A stretch of DNA of 64,000 bases from Terrimonas sp. (GTDB taxonomy: Bacteria > Bacteroidota > Bacteroidia > Chitinophagales > Chitinophagaceae): contig WGMO01000020.1 of NCBI GenBank assembly GCA_016125075.1, positions 27,852-91,851 of the forward strand, in the 5' to 3' direction. Made by a program: the position numbers and the translations under genes. The notes under the pieces were generated by a model, which was not told where the DNA came from, did no database searches, and saw only the letters and a list, made by a program, of their open reading frames with translations. This document shows, one piece after another, positions 56,264-64,000 of the stretch. Numbering within the stretch: position 1 is the first letter of the stretch; the number at the start of each line of letters is the position of its first letter.

Positions 56264-58336
56264 TTAGTAATCCAGTAATTTTTTGATGCGCCCGGCCAGT
56301 TTTTCTGCATTGGGCAGAACGGCAGCTTCTAACCCCATGTTCAATGGAATGGCCGGTACATTCATGGCGCCCATTACCGCTACCGGCGCATCCAGCCACT
56401 GGAAACAGGCACTGGAAATCCTGCCTGCCAGTGCTTCTGCAAATGAATTATGCTGTTGTTCCTCTGTTAACACGATACACCTGCCATGCTTTTTTACGCT
56501 GGCAAAAACCAGTTCTTCATCCATCGGAAATAAGGTCCGCAGGTCGATGATCTCCACCCGCTGTTCAAACTGCCGGGCAGCCTGTTTCGCCCAATATACA
56601 CCCATTCCGTAGGTAACGATACAACAGCTTTCTCCTTTAAGGATGGTATCTGCTGCTGCCGCCAGAACAATATTGCCTTTGCCAAAAGGAAGCATATAAT
56701 CCGCTGCGGGTTCAATACGTTTTGCATCGTCAGTACCCGGCACTTTACTCCAGTATAGACCTTTATGTTCGAGCATGATAACCGGGTTGCCGTCATAATA
56801 GGCCGCTTTCATCAAACCCTTCATATCGGCAGCATTGGAAGGATAAGCGATCTTAATTCCTTTTACCGATAACAGGGTAGTTTCCACGCTCCCGCTATGA
56901 TAAGGGCCTCCGCCGCCATATGCCCCTATCGGTACACGAATGATACAGGAAACCGGGTATTTCCCACAACTGAGATAACAGGACTTTGCGATTTCCGTGA
57001 CCAGCTGGTTAAATCCCGGGTAGATATAATCTGCAAATTGTACTTCAACGATTGGCTTCACACCTGTTGCACTGAGACCCACTGTAGAACCGATGATATA
57101 CGCCTCCTGGATAGCCGTATTGAAGACCCGGTAATCGCCAAACTGCTCGGCCAGGGTCGCCGCCTCGCGGAAAACGCCCCCCAGCCTTCTTCCTACATCC
57201 TGCCCGAAAAATATACACTCCTGGTGTTTCTCCATCAATTCGCGGATCGCAAACAATGCCGCATCAACCATCATCACTTTTTCATTGCCCGCGGGTTCCC
57301 TTTCTCCTGTTTCTTCCCTGACAGCTGTTGGGATAAAGACATCATCCCCCGCCGTGGCAGGATCCGGTTCTGCGACTTCTACAGCCCTTTGAAACTGTTG
57401 CCGGATATCATTCGCAATCTCCAAATGCAGTTCGGTAAAAACCTGTTCGGTGATGCCGTTTTCCGACAACTTATTTTTCAGTTTTGGTAAAGGATCCTCC
57501 TGGAAATGGGTGGCCAGGTCTTCCTCCGACCGGTAAAATTCTTTCCTGACACCGCTGGTATGGTGATTTAATAATGGCAGTTTGGCATGGAGCAACCATG
57601 GACGCTTGTGTTGTCTTATATCCCGGATCACTTTTCCGACGGCCTCGTATGCTGCCTCGAAATCGGTTCCGTCGATGCTGATCCTGTTCATCCCTTTAAA
57701 TCCCTCAGCATATTCAAAGGCATTCATTGTCCTTGTTTCAGCAGCACTGGCACTGATTCCCCATCCATTGTCCTGTACCAGGTACAGTATGGGTAATTGT
57801 TTCAATACGGCAAACTGAAACGCTTCACTGACCTCTCCTTCGGTAACGCTTCCATCCCCCAAAGAACAAACCACCACGGGATTTTCACCCGAAGGGCCTT
57901 TGTCATACAGAGGAGATTCGATGGTTTCAAGATAACGGATCCCCTGCGCTACCCCGGTAGTGGGGATCGCCTGCATCCCTGTTGCACTGCTCTGGTGAAT
58001 GATCCTGGACCTTGCCGGGTCTTTTGTATTCGGATGGGAATAATAAGATCTTCCTCCCGTAAAAATATCATCCCTTTTTGTAAGCAATTGCAGCATCAGT
58101 TCGTAGGGAGTATATCCCAATCCGAGTAACATACTTTCATCGCGGTAATACGGGCTTACATAATCACAGGGTAGCAGTTGAAAAGCCGTGGCCAGTTGAA
58201 TCGCTTCATGCCCCCTGGAAGTGGAATGGACATATTTACATACCAGGCGGTTCGCCTCATATGTTTCTGCCATTATCTTAACAGCATACATCAATCGATA
58301 AGCCTTGAGGAGCATTTCAGTATTCGGCATAAACAA
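56264..58336 (-). CDS. 2-oxoacid dehydrogenase E1 component, fused alpha/beta subunits (TPP-dependent)
   Basis: 690 aa. The alpha-like half carries the TPP motif (SLGDGSVTEGEVSEAFQFA...YLVQDNGWGIS). The beta-like half contains FGQDVG...GGVFR and a transketolase-C-like end. Confidence 0.85.
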   Translation of the reverse strand: MFMPNTEMLLKAYRLMYAVKIMAETYEANRLVCKYVHSTSRGHEAIQLATAFQLLPCDYVSPYYRDESMLLGLGYTPYELMLQLLTKRDDIFTGGRSYYSHPNTKDPARSRIIHQSSATGMQAIPTTGVAQGIRYLETIESPLYDKGPSGENPVVVCSLGDGSVTEGEVSEAFQFAVLKQLPILYLVQDNGWGISASAAETRTMNAFEYAEGFKGMNRISIDGTDFEAAYEAVGKVIRDIRQHKRPWLLHAKLPLLNHHTSGVRKEFYRSEEDLATHFQEDPLPKLKNKLSENGITEQVFTELHLEIANDIRQQFQRAVEVAEPDPATAGDDVFIPTAVREETGEREPAGNEKVMMVDAALFAIRELMEKHQECIFFGQDVGRRLGGVFREAATLAEQFGDYRVFNTAIQEAYIIGSTVGLSATGVKPIVEVQFADYIYPGFNQLVTEIAKSCYLSCGKYPVSCIIRVPIGAYGGGGPYHSGSVETTLLSVKGIKIAYPSNAADMKGLMKAAYYDGNPVIMLEHKGLYWSKVPGTDDAKRIEPAADYMLPFGKGNIVLAAAADTILKGESCCIVTYGMGVYWAKQAARQFEQRVEIIDLRTLFPMDEELVFASVKKHGRCIVLTEEQQHNSFAEALAGRISSACFQWLDAPVAVMGAMNVPAIPLNMGLEAAVLPNAEKLAGRIKKLLDY

Positions 58337-58382
58337 CCCGGCATTGAAATAAACAAAAGTAAATAAAGCCTTCTTAAAGAAG

Positions 58383-58415
58383 CAAAAAGGCCACCAGTAA
58401 TTTACTGATGGCCTT
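58383..58415 (-). terminator. rho-independent terminator after the FAH-family gene
   Basis: The minus strand reads AAGGCCATCAGTAA-ATT-TACTGGTGGCCTT followed by a TTTTTG tail. Confidence 0.7.
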
Positions 58416-58459
58416 ACAGTTGATTTTGGTTGCGCCCGGATGAACCGGGACTATCTTAC

Positions 58460-59071
58460 TTATTTAACTTCGAGTGTAAGCAAACTTTCATCTTCAATAA
58501 ACGCCTCGATCTCATCACCCACTACCAGTTCACCCACCCCGGCAGGTGTGCCGGTAAAGATCAAATCGCCGATATTGACTGAAAAATAATTGGAAATATA
58601 AGAAACAATCGTGTCAAAATTATTGATCATTAAACCAGAGTTCCCCTGTTGTACCAGTTCCTTGTTCTTATACAGGCAAAAGTTGATGTCTTTCTTGTTT
58701 TTTATACCGGATAAGGGTAACCATTTTCCGATGGCGGCAGAATTATCCCATGCTTTTGCTTTCTCCCAGGGCAGCCCTTTTTCCTTTAATTCATTCTGGA
58801 TATCCCTTGCCGTAAAATCAATTCCGGTGGTGATAGCATCATAATATTTTCCTGCAAACTTATCCTGGATGTACTTGCCATTTTTACTGATCCTCAATAC
58901 CAGTTCACATTCGTAATGCAGTTCGTTGGTAAATTCCGGGTAATAAAAAGGGGTATGGGGTTGCAGCAATGCACTTTTGGGCTTCATGAAAATTACCGGT
59001 TCATCAGGTATCTCATTTCCGAGTTCCTGGGCATGGGCAACATAATTTCGGCCAACACAAAATATCTTCAT
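58460..59071 (-). CDS. fumarylacetoacetate hydrolase (FAH) family protein
   Basis: 203 aa. Contains KIFCVGRNYVAHAQE, ELHYECELV and DLIFTGTPAGVG, the standard FAH-fold motifs. Confidence 0.88.
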   Translation of the reverse strand: MKIFCVGRNYVAHAQELGNEIPDEPVIFMKPKSALLQPHTPFYYPEFTNELHYECELVLRISKNGKYIQDKFAGKYYDAITTGIDFTARDIQNELKEKGLPWEKAKAWDNSAAIGKWLPLSGIKNKKDINFCLYKNKELVQQGNSGLMINNFDTIVSYISNYFSVNIGDLIFTGTPAGVGELVVGDEIEAFIEDESLLTLEVK

Positions 59072-59216
59072 AAAAATGAAAAGTTTACTGTTAAATACAT
59101 CGGATACAATTCCACAGGACTGTTCATCCCATATATTACAGGCATCATAAAAACATTGGATTCAAAAGGAAATTTTCACTGAAGGGGACGCTAAAATAAG
59201 TATTCCCCTTCAATTC

Positions 59217-59792
59217 TCATAATGAAAACTCTTTATTATTTATTTCGTTCATGGTTTGAGTAATCCCTTGTAAGACAAAGCTTTCAATCACTTTTACCGA
59301 TTTATCCATCTTGACCTTTACCAGGGGCCATTCTGCAGCAGACCATTTCCCTAATACGTAATCGGATTGCCTGCCCTTGGGGTAATCGTTGCCGATGCCA
59401 AACCTTAATCTGGGGTAAAATGTTGTACCCAGCATTTCCTCGATACTTTTCAATCCGTTATGTCCTCCCGAACTACCCGAAGGTTTCAGCCTCAATTTTG
59501 ATAAGGGGATAGCAATTTCGTCGACAATGACCAGGAGTCTGTCGGGGGGTATCCTGAGTTTATCCATCCAGTATTTCACGGCTTTCCCGCTCAGGTTCAT
59601 AAAGGTACTCGGCTTGATGCAGTAAACATGTTTGCCTTTCAGTTTTACCTGTGCCAGATCAGCCAAGCGGTCTGCCAGAAAAACACCTGTATGGTCATTG
59701 ACAAACTGGTCAAGTACATCAAATCCGATATTGTGTCGTGTTTGAGCATATTCTGCCCCCGGATTTCCCAACCCAACAATAAGGTATTTCAT
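59217..59792 (-). CDS. pth: peptidyl-tRNA hydrolase
   Basis: 191 aa. Contains MKYLIVGLGNPG, TRHNIGF and GGHNGLKS. Confidence 0.95.
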   Translation of the reverse strand: MKYLIVGLGNPGAEYAQTRHNIGFDVLDQFVNDHTGVFLADRLADLAQVKLKGKHVYCIKPSTFMNLSGKAVKYWMDKLRIPPDRLLVIVDEIAIPLSKLRLKPSGSSGGHNGLKSIEEMLGTTFYPRLRFGIGNDYPKGRQSDYVLGKWSAAEWPLVKVKMDKSVKVIESFVLQGITQTMNEINNKEFSL

Positions 59793-59832
59793 GTAAAATT
59801 CTTATGCGTCAAAATTATTTCCATAATCCGAA

Positions 59833-59863
59833 TAAAAAAACCGTATCAGGAAATTGATACGGT
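59833..59863 (-). terminator. rho-independent terminator after rplY
   Basis: The minus strand reads ACCGTATC-aatttcct-GATACGGT followed by TTTTTTT. Confidence 0.8.
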
Positions 59864-59887
59864 TGTTATTTTCCTGTTTGGGAAAAA

Positions 59888-60511
59888 TTATTTTTTGGCT
59901 TCTGCCGCAGGTGCAGCCGCTGCTGCTGCCGGAGCTGCCTTATCCACTGCCGCCTCTTCCTGTTTCAACTGCCTGGTCATGGCAACAGAAGCAATGGGAA
60001 TACGGGGTGAATTCAGGATTTCATAATGCTCTTCTTTTACATCTTCTACCCGGATGTTTTCATTTAGCTGCAGGTCATCTACATTCACTTCAATAGCTTC
60101 CTTAAGATACTTAGGGAGTGTTTTGATTTTTAATGCTTTCATTTTGATATTCCGCTTACCGCCATCTTTTACGCCAGCAGCAACACCTGTAAACTTAAGG
60201 GGAATAGTGGCAACCACTTTTTTACCCTCTACCAGTTCAAGCAGGTCTACATGGATCAGTTTGTCAGATACCTTGTCAAACTGAAGGTCCTTCATGATAC
60301 ATTTATAGGATTCTCCGTTCAGTTTCACTTCTGCATACTGGAAATTTGGTGTGTAAACCAGTGACTTAAAAGCCGATGCAGGAGCAGAAAAACTGATCTC
60401 CTTTGCACCCCCATAAATTACACCTGGCACTTGATCCTGAGAGCGAAGCTGGCGGGTGGCTTCTTTGCCGTATTCGGTCCTCAGTTGTCCTTCGATTGTA
60501 ATCGTGTTCAT
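59888..60511 (-). CDS. rplY: 50S ribosomal protein L25/general stress protein Ctc
   Basis: 207 aa. Contains GKEATRQLR and VPGVIYGG, with an Ala/Pro-rich C-terminal tail. It sits in the conserved prs-ctc-pth order. Confidence 0.92.
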   Translation of the reverse strand: MNTITIEGQLRTEYGKEATRQLRSQDQVPGVIYGGAKEISFSAPASAFKSLVYTPNFQYAEVKLNGESYKCIMKDLQFDKVSDKLIHVDLLELVEGKKVVATIPLKFTGVAAGVKDGGKRNIKMKALKIKTLPKYLKEAIEVNVDDLQLNENIRVEDVKEEHYEILNSPRIPIASVAMTRQLKQEEAAVDKAAPAAAAAAPAAEAKK

Positions 60512-60541
60512 TTTATTTAGATTGATTGTTTACTTCTTATT

Positions 60542-61495
60542 CTATTTATCCCTTCTTTGAGAGTGGATAAACAAGCTGGTAATACTCCTGTTTTCAAAAG
60601 CATTCCGGATGGTTGTGGCAAACAAGCCGGCAGTCGATAAAACTTTGATCTTTTTAAACTCCTGCCTTAATGGAATGGTATCACAAACCACTAGTTCTTC
60701 CAGTTCGCTGTTTTCAATGTTCTCATGTGCTTTTCCACTCAGCACTGGGTGCGTGATCAGTGCCCTGACCGACCGGGCCCCTTTTTCTTTTAGCAAGGCT
60801 GCACTCTTTGCCAATGTACCGCCTGTATCACAAATATCATCGATGATCACCACATCCCTGTTCGTTACATCCCCGATCACCACCATACTCGCAATCTCGT
60901 TTGCCCTTTTCCGGTGCTTATCACAAATCACCATTTCCGCCTCAAAATAACTGGCAATTTCCCGTATCCTGTTACTGGCGCCCACATCGGGGGCCGCAAA
61001 GGTAAGATTTTCAAGTTTAAGTTGCTCAATGTAAGGGATAAAAATAGCGGAACTGTCGAGGTGATCCACCGGGATATCAAAATACCCCTGAATCTGGGGG
61101 GCATGAAGGTCCATGGTGATGACCCTATCGGCCCCTGCAGCTGTTAACATGTTGGCAACCAGCTTACTACCAATAGCCACCCTGGGCCGGTCCTTTCGAT
61201 CCTGTCTTGAATACCCATAATAGGGTAAAACAGCGATGATCTTATAGGCGGAGGCCCTTTTGGCCGCATCGATCATTAAAAGAAGTTCAAAAAGATTGTC
61301 GGAAGGGGCGTAGGTGCTTTGAATCAGGAAAACAAAATCACCCCTGATACTTTCCTGGAAAATGGGTTGGATTTCGCCGTCACTGAAATGCTGTATGGAT
61401 ACGTTTCCCAACTGGGTGCCATATCGTTTGCAGATTTCAAGGGCCAGTGCCTGGGATCCCGTACCCGCAAATATTTTAGCCGAATGAGTTTGCAT
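60542..61495 (-). CDS. prs: ribose-phosphate pyrophosphokinase
   Basis: 317 aa. Contains VLPYYGYSRQDRK and the PRPP-binding loop VVIIDDICDTGGT. Confidence 0.95.
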   Translation of the reverse strand: MQTHSAKIFAGTGSQALALEICKRYGTQLGNVSIQHFSDGEIQPIFQESIRGDFVFLIQSTYAPSDNLFELLLMIDAAKRASAYKIIAVLPYYGYSRQDRKDRPRVAIGSKLVANMLTAAGADRVITMDLHAPQIQGYFDIPVDHLDSSAIFIPYIEQLKLENLTFAAPDVGASNRIREIASYFEAEMVICDKHRKRANEIASMVVIGDVTNRDVVIIDDICDTGGTLAKSAALLKEKGARSVRALITHPVLSGKAHENIENSELEELVVCDTIPLRQEFKKIKVLSTAGLFATTIRNAFENRSITSLFIHSQRRDK

Positions 61496-61579
61496 AGCCT
61501 GAAAATGTGCGGCGAAGATAAGATTTCACCGCCAAAGGCTGCCAAACCCGCTCAAAGTTTTGATTTGGAATAAGCCAAT

Positions 61580-61780
61580 TTACCGTATTACAGCCACTGC
61601 TGTAGCTTCAGTCTTTGTTTCAGCCTTTTTCTCCGCTTTTACATAGCTGCTATTGGCATTACAACTATAAAAGATGGTAGAACAGATAAAAATGGAAAAA
61701 AACAAGGCAACGGCATAAACGCCGGCAAAAAACAGTACGGGATGCAGGGCACCTACAGGAGTAAAGGTTTTTCTTCTCAT
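61580..61780 (-). CDS. small hypothetical single-TM protein
   Basis: 66 aa, with one hydrophobic helix (VLFFAGVYAVALFFSIFICSTIF) followed by a charged Lys/Glu/Thr tail. It fills an otherwise empty 395-nt gap. There is no homology evidence. Confidence 0.3.
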   Translation of the reverse strand: MRRKTFTPVGALHPVLFFAGVYAVALFFSIFICSTIFYSCNANSSYVKAEKKAETKTEATAVAVIR

Positions 61781-61890
61781 AGTCGGATTTTGATTTTTGT
61801 TTTCAAAGGTTTGGATTCGGCTCTTTACAACGAAAGGAATACCCTTAAAGTTGTATTGATGAGCATAAAAATATTCTCTAATCTTGAGTC

Positions 61891-62583
61891 ATGCAAGAGC
61901 AGAATTACCCAATAAAATCATGGGCAAAAGACGACAGGCCAAGAGAAAAATTACTATCCAAAGGCCCCTCTTCCCTGAGTAATTCGGAACTACTGGCCAT
62001 CCTGATTCAGAACGGTACCCGGCAACGATCTGCCCTTGACCTTGCCCAGGATGTGCTAAGGCTGGGAAAGGACAACCTGGTAGAAATGGGTAAACTGACC
62101 ATCCGGGAGTTCATGAAAATCAAGGGTATAGGAGAAGCAAAAGCCATCAGCATTGCAGCTGCCCTTGAATTGGGAAGAAGGCGTCAGGCTTCATTTTCGC
62201 TGGTCAAAGAGATTGTCACCGGAAGCGGTGACGTAGCGGTTTATCTTCAAAACCTGCTAAAAGATTATAACCATGAGGTTTTTGCTGTCCTGTTCCTCAA
62301 CAGGGCCAATAAGATCAACCAGTTCGAGATCATCAGCCAGGGTGGCATTACGGGCACAGTTGCCGACCCCCGGGTCATCCTTAAAAAAGCCCTGGAGGAG
62401 GATGCAGTGAGCATCATCCTCTGTCATAATCATCCTTCCGGCAACCTGAAGCCGAGCAGGGCTGACCAGGAACTGACCCAAAAAATCAAGGAGGCTGCAA
62501 GGTACTTTGATATCCGGGTGCTGGATCATATAATCGTCAGCGATGAGGGGTATTTCAGTTTTGCCGACGATGGGATGTTATAA
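61891..62583 (+). CDS. radC: RadC-family JAMM domain protein
   Basis: 230 aa. It has an N-terminal HhH region (LSNSELLAILI) and the JAMM motif (LCHNHPSGNLKPS). Confidence 0.9.
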   Translation: MQEQNYPIKSWAKDDRPREKLLSKGPSSLSNSELLAILIQNGTRQRSALDLAQDVLRLGKDNLVEMGKLTIREFMKIKGIGEAKAISIAAALELGRRRQASFSLVKEIVTGSGDVAVYLQNLLKDYNHEVFAVLFLNRANKINQFEIISQGGITGTVADPRVILKKALEEDAVSIILCHNHPSGNLKPSRADQELTQKIKEAARYFDIRVLDHIIVSDEGYFSFADDGML

Positions 62584-62621
62584 AGCCAGCTTCAACCCTA
62601 TTAGCAATTTATCCAAGAGGG

Positions 62622-62939
62622 TTAGGCCTGTGCAGTGGGGCCACCAAAATTCATGGGCAACTGCACTTCTTCTATATCCTTTATAGTCCCGTTGGCCGCC
62701 TCATAGCGTTCCACATTTTCATTCAGCGCTTTCATAAAACGTTTGGCATGCTGCGGAGTAAGAATGATCCGGGATTTCACCTTGCTTTTGGGGGTTCCGG
62801 GCATTACATTGACAAAATCGATCACGAATTCGGCATGTGAATGGGTAATGATGGCAAGATTGGCATAACTGCCCTCCGCCACTTCCTCGGAAATTTCGAT
62901 ATTTAACTGGTTGGGCTGTTGCTGGGGTTGATCAGGCAT
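62622..62939 (-). CDS. DUF3467-family small protein
   Basis: 105 aa. The stretch LNIEISEEVAEGSYANLAIITHSHAEFVIDFV...RIILTPQHAKRF matches my recollection of the DUF3467 pattern. An A10 tract lies immediately upstream of its ATG. Confidence 0.7.
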   Translation of the reverse strand: MPDQPQQQPNQLNIEISEEVAEGSYANLAIITHSHAEFVIDFVNVMPGTPKSKVKSRIILTPQHAKRFMKALNENVERYEAANGTIKDIEEVQLPMNFGGPTAQA

Positions 62940-62995
62940 ATTTTTTTTTTAATAGAAGGACAAAAGTAAGAAAGAAGCAACAGATGAAAATGAGA

Positions 62996-63019
62996 AGAGC
63001 CACCGGGAGGGGTGGCTCT
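62996..63019 (-). terminator. hairpin after the 63039..63989 lipoprotein gene
   Basis: AGAGCCACC-gggagg-GGTGGCTCT has a 9-bp stem. The T tail on the minus strand is weak (TCTCATTTTC). Confidence 0.5.
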
Positions 63020-63038
63020 TCCAAATATTTGTGAAAGA

Positions 63039-63989
63039 TTATCTGGGTCCAAGATAAATCAAAGTATCGGTCCAGGCTCTTGATGTACCGGGAACAACAT
63101 TATTTCCGGCATCAAGGCTATAACCAAACTTATCATACATGGTCTTTGTAGCTGGCTCATAGCGGTCAAAGTACCCAGCTACCATTGAATAAAAGGTAAC
63201 AGCACCCGGGTAAGCATTTTGCACTGTGATAGCATTAGTTGTAGGATTAATAGTATACTCAGGCTCCTGAGCACCGAAAGCATTTAAAGATCCGCCGAAT
63301 AAACCGGGATGATAGTATCCGCCGAAATCCGGAACATACATTTTAACGCTGTTGGGTCCGCTGGTATGCATTTCCACCTCTACACTAAAGGGATCAGTAT
63401 TGGGCGACTGTGTGGGATGGTAAAAATCACCATTCAACATATAACGGCCATCATACTGATTTTTCAACCCGATTGAATACAAAGCGTTCCTGTAATCAGT
63501 GCTGATAATGGCGTCTCCGCCTACTTCGGTGATAGAAAATCCAAGGGCATATTGCTTGCTCAGGTCAAGTTGTGTTTTATCAACGGTAATACTGATCTCT
63601 TTGGCAAATTCACCCGGAGCAAAGGAAAGATTGCTGATATCTTCTGATAAAGTAAAAGAAGAGGCAGGCAGTTCTTCATAAGAAGTACTGTTTGCTGTAT
63701 TATAATCTGCGATTAAGGTAGGGTTCTTTTGCATTTTGCAACTCAGCGCTGAATTCAGGTTTGCCTCGCTGTTGGCATCCCTGCGAAGATGAATCAATGT
63801 AAATGTTTCTGTTGAGGGTGTTACATCCCTTGCAATTACATTGATAGCTACTTCGGCATCAGGCGTCTTTACAATTGTTTTGCCTTCTGTCGTCACCGAC
63901 TTTGGAACAACAACCTTTTCGCAGGCGGTAATCACAAAACTGGTGGCCAAAACCAGGATACCTGCCTTTAAAAGTTTTATTTTTTTCAT
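63039..63989 (-). CDS. PUL-type surface lipoprotein, DUF1735-like N-terminal domain
   Basis: 316 aa with lipobox VITAC. The pattern ADYNTANSTSYEELPASSFTLS...QYALGFSI resembles DUF1735 (BT_3987-like) proteins, which usually follow susD. The upstream partners would lie beyond the window. Confidence 0.55.
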   Translation of the reverse strand: MKKIKLLKAGILVLATSFVITACEKVVVPKSVTTEGKTIVKTPDAEVAINVIARDVTPSTETFTLIHLRRDANSEANLNSALSCKMQKNPTLIADYNTANSTSYEELPASSFTLSEDISNLSFAPGEFAKEISITVDKTQLDLSKQYALGFSITEVGGDAIISTDYRNALYSIGLKNQYDGRYMLNGDFYHPTQSPNTDPFSVEVEMHTSGPNSVKMYVPDFGGYYHPGLFGGSLNAFGAQEPEYTINPTTNAITVQNAYPGAVTFYSMVAGYFDRYEPATKTMYDKFGYSLDAGNNVVPGTSRAWTDTLIYLGPR

Positions 63990-64000
63990 ATTGTTATTAT

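Noticed and set aside
56897-57490. 197-aa plus-strand ORF
   Set aside because: It is antisense to the E1 alpha/beta fusion gene and has no motifs. The same reasoning applies to the other long antisense ORFs, including 7196..7717, 16470..16988, 25053..25493, 30535..31062, 30992..31477 and 36525..36986.
1-64000. Scan for CRISPR arrays, IS elements, integrons, prophage or toxin-antitoxin/defence gene pairs
   Set aside because: I saw no regularly spaced repeats. None of the translated ORFs resembles a transposase, integrase, recombinase, reverse transcriptase, restriction or other defence protein. Intergenic hairpins are all different, so there is no REP-like family. This was an eye scan only.

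Overview
The window looks like an ordinary chromosomal segment of a Bacteroidota genome. Supporting signs are the type IX secretion genes porV-porU, a SusC/SusD polysaccharide utilisation locus (PUL), TAnnTTTG -7 promoter boxes, no Shine-Dalgarno sequences and many lipoproteins. The family cannot be determined by eye. I call 51 protein-coding genes (one truncated at the 5' edge) and one tRNA-Gln. I saw no rRNA, CRISPR array, transposase, integrase or phage genes. Gene blocks in order: (1) ribE fragment; (2) a tight six-gene envelope-glycan operon (AT3 acyltransferase, three large polytopic membrane proteins of which two are paralogues, a GT2 and a SAM methyltransferase); (3) hscA-like Hsp70; (4) porV-porU; (5) tyrS; (6) a split cyanophycin locus (cphB plus an SGNH hydrolase, then a FadL-type outer-membrane protein, an APC permease and a Tat-signal PLP enzyme, then cphA); (7) tRNA-Gln; (8) a nucleotide-sugar block (rfbD, rfbC, HexNAc dehydrogenase, UDP-xylose synthase, ugd, DegT aminotransferase) and kdtA; (9) tdk-ccmB and ccmC-ccmD; (10) an animal-type glutamate dehydrogenase; (11) a mannan PUL using the epimerase/phosphorylase route (SusC/D, two IPT surface proteins, two GH26, a clan GH-A hydrolase, a 2-epimerase, GH130 and an SSS symporter) with a divergent AraC regulator; (12) housekeeping genes (E1 alpha/beta fusion, FAH, pth, rplY, prs, radC). 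I cannot demonstrate any novel system. The best candidates are the membrane-protein glycan operon (394-8008), the envelope module inside the cyanophycin locus (17675-26583) and the antenna-like insertion in the GDH. All calls rest on reading the ORF translations and DNA by eye. No searches or computations were run.
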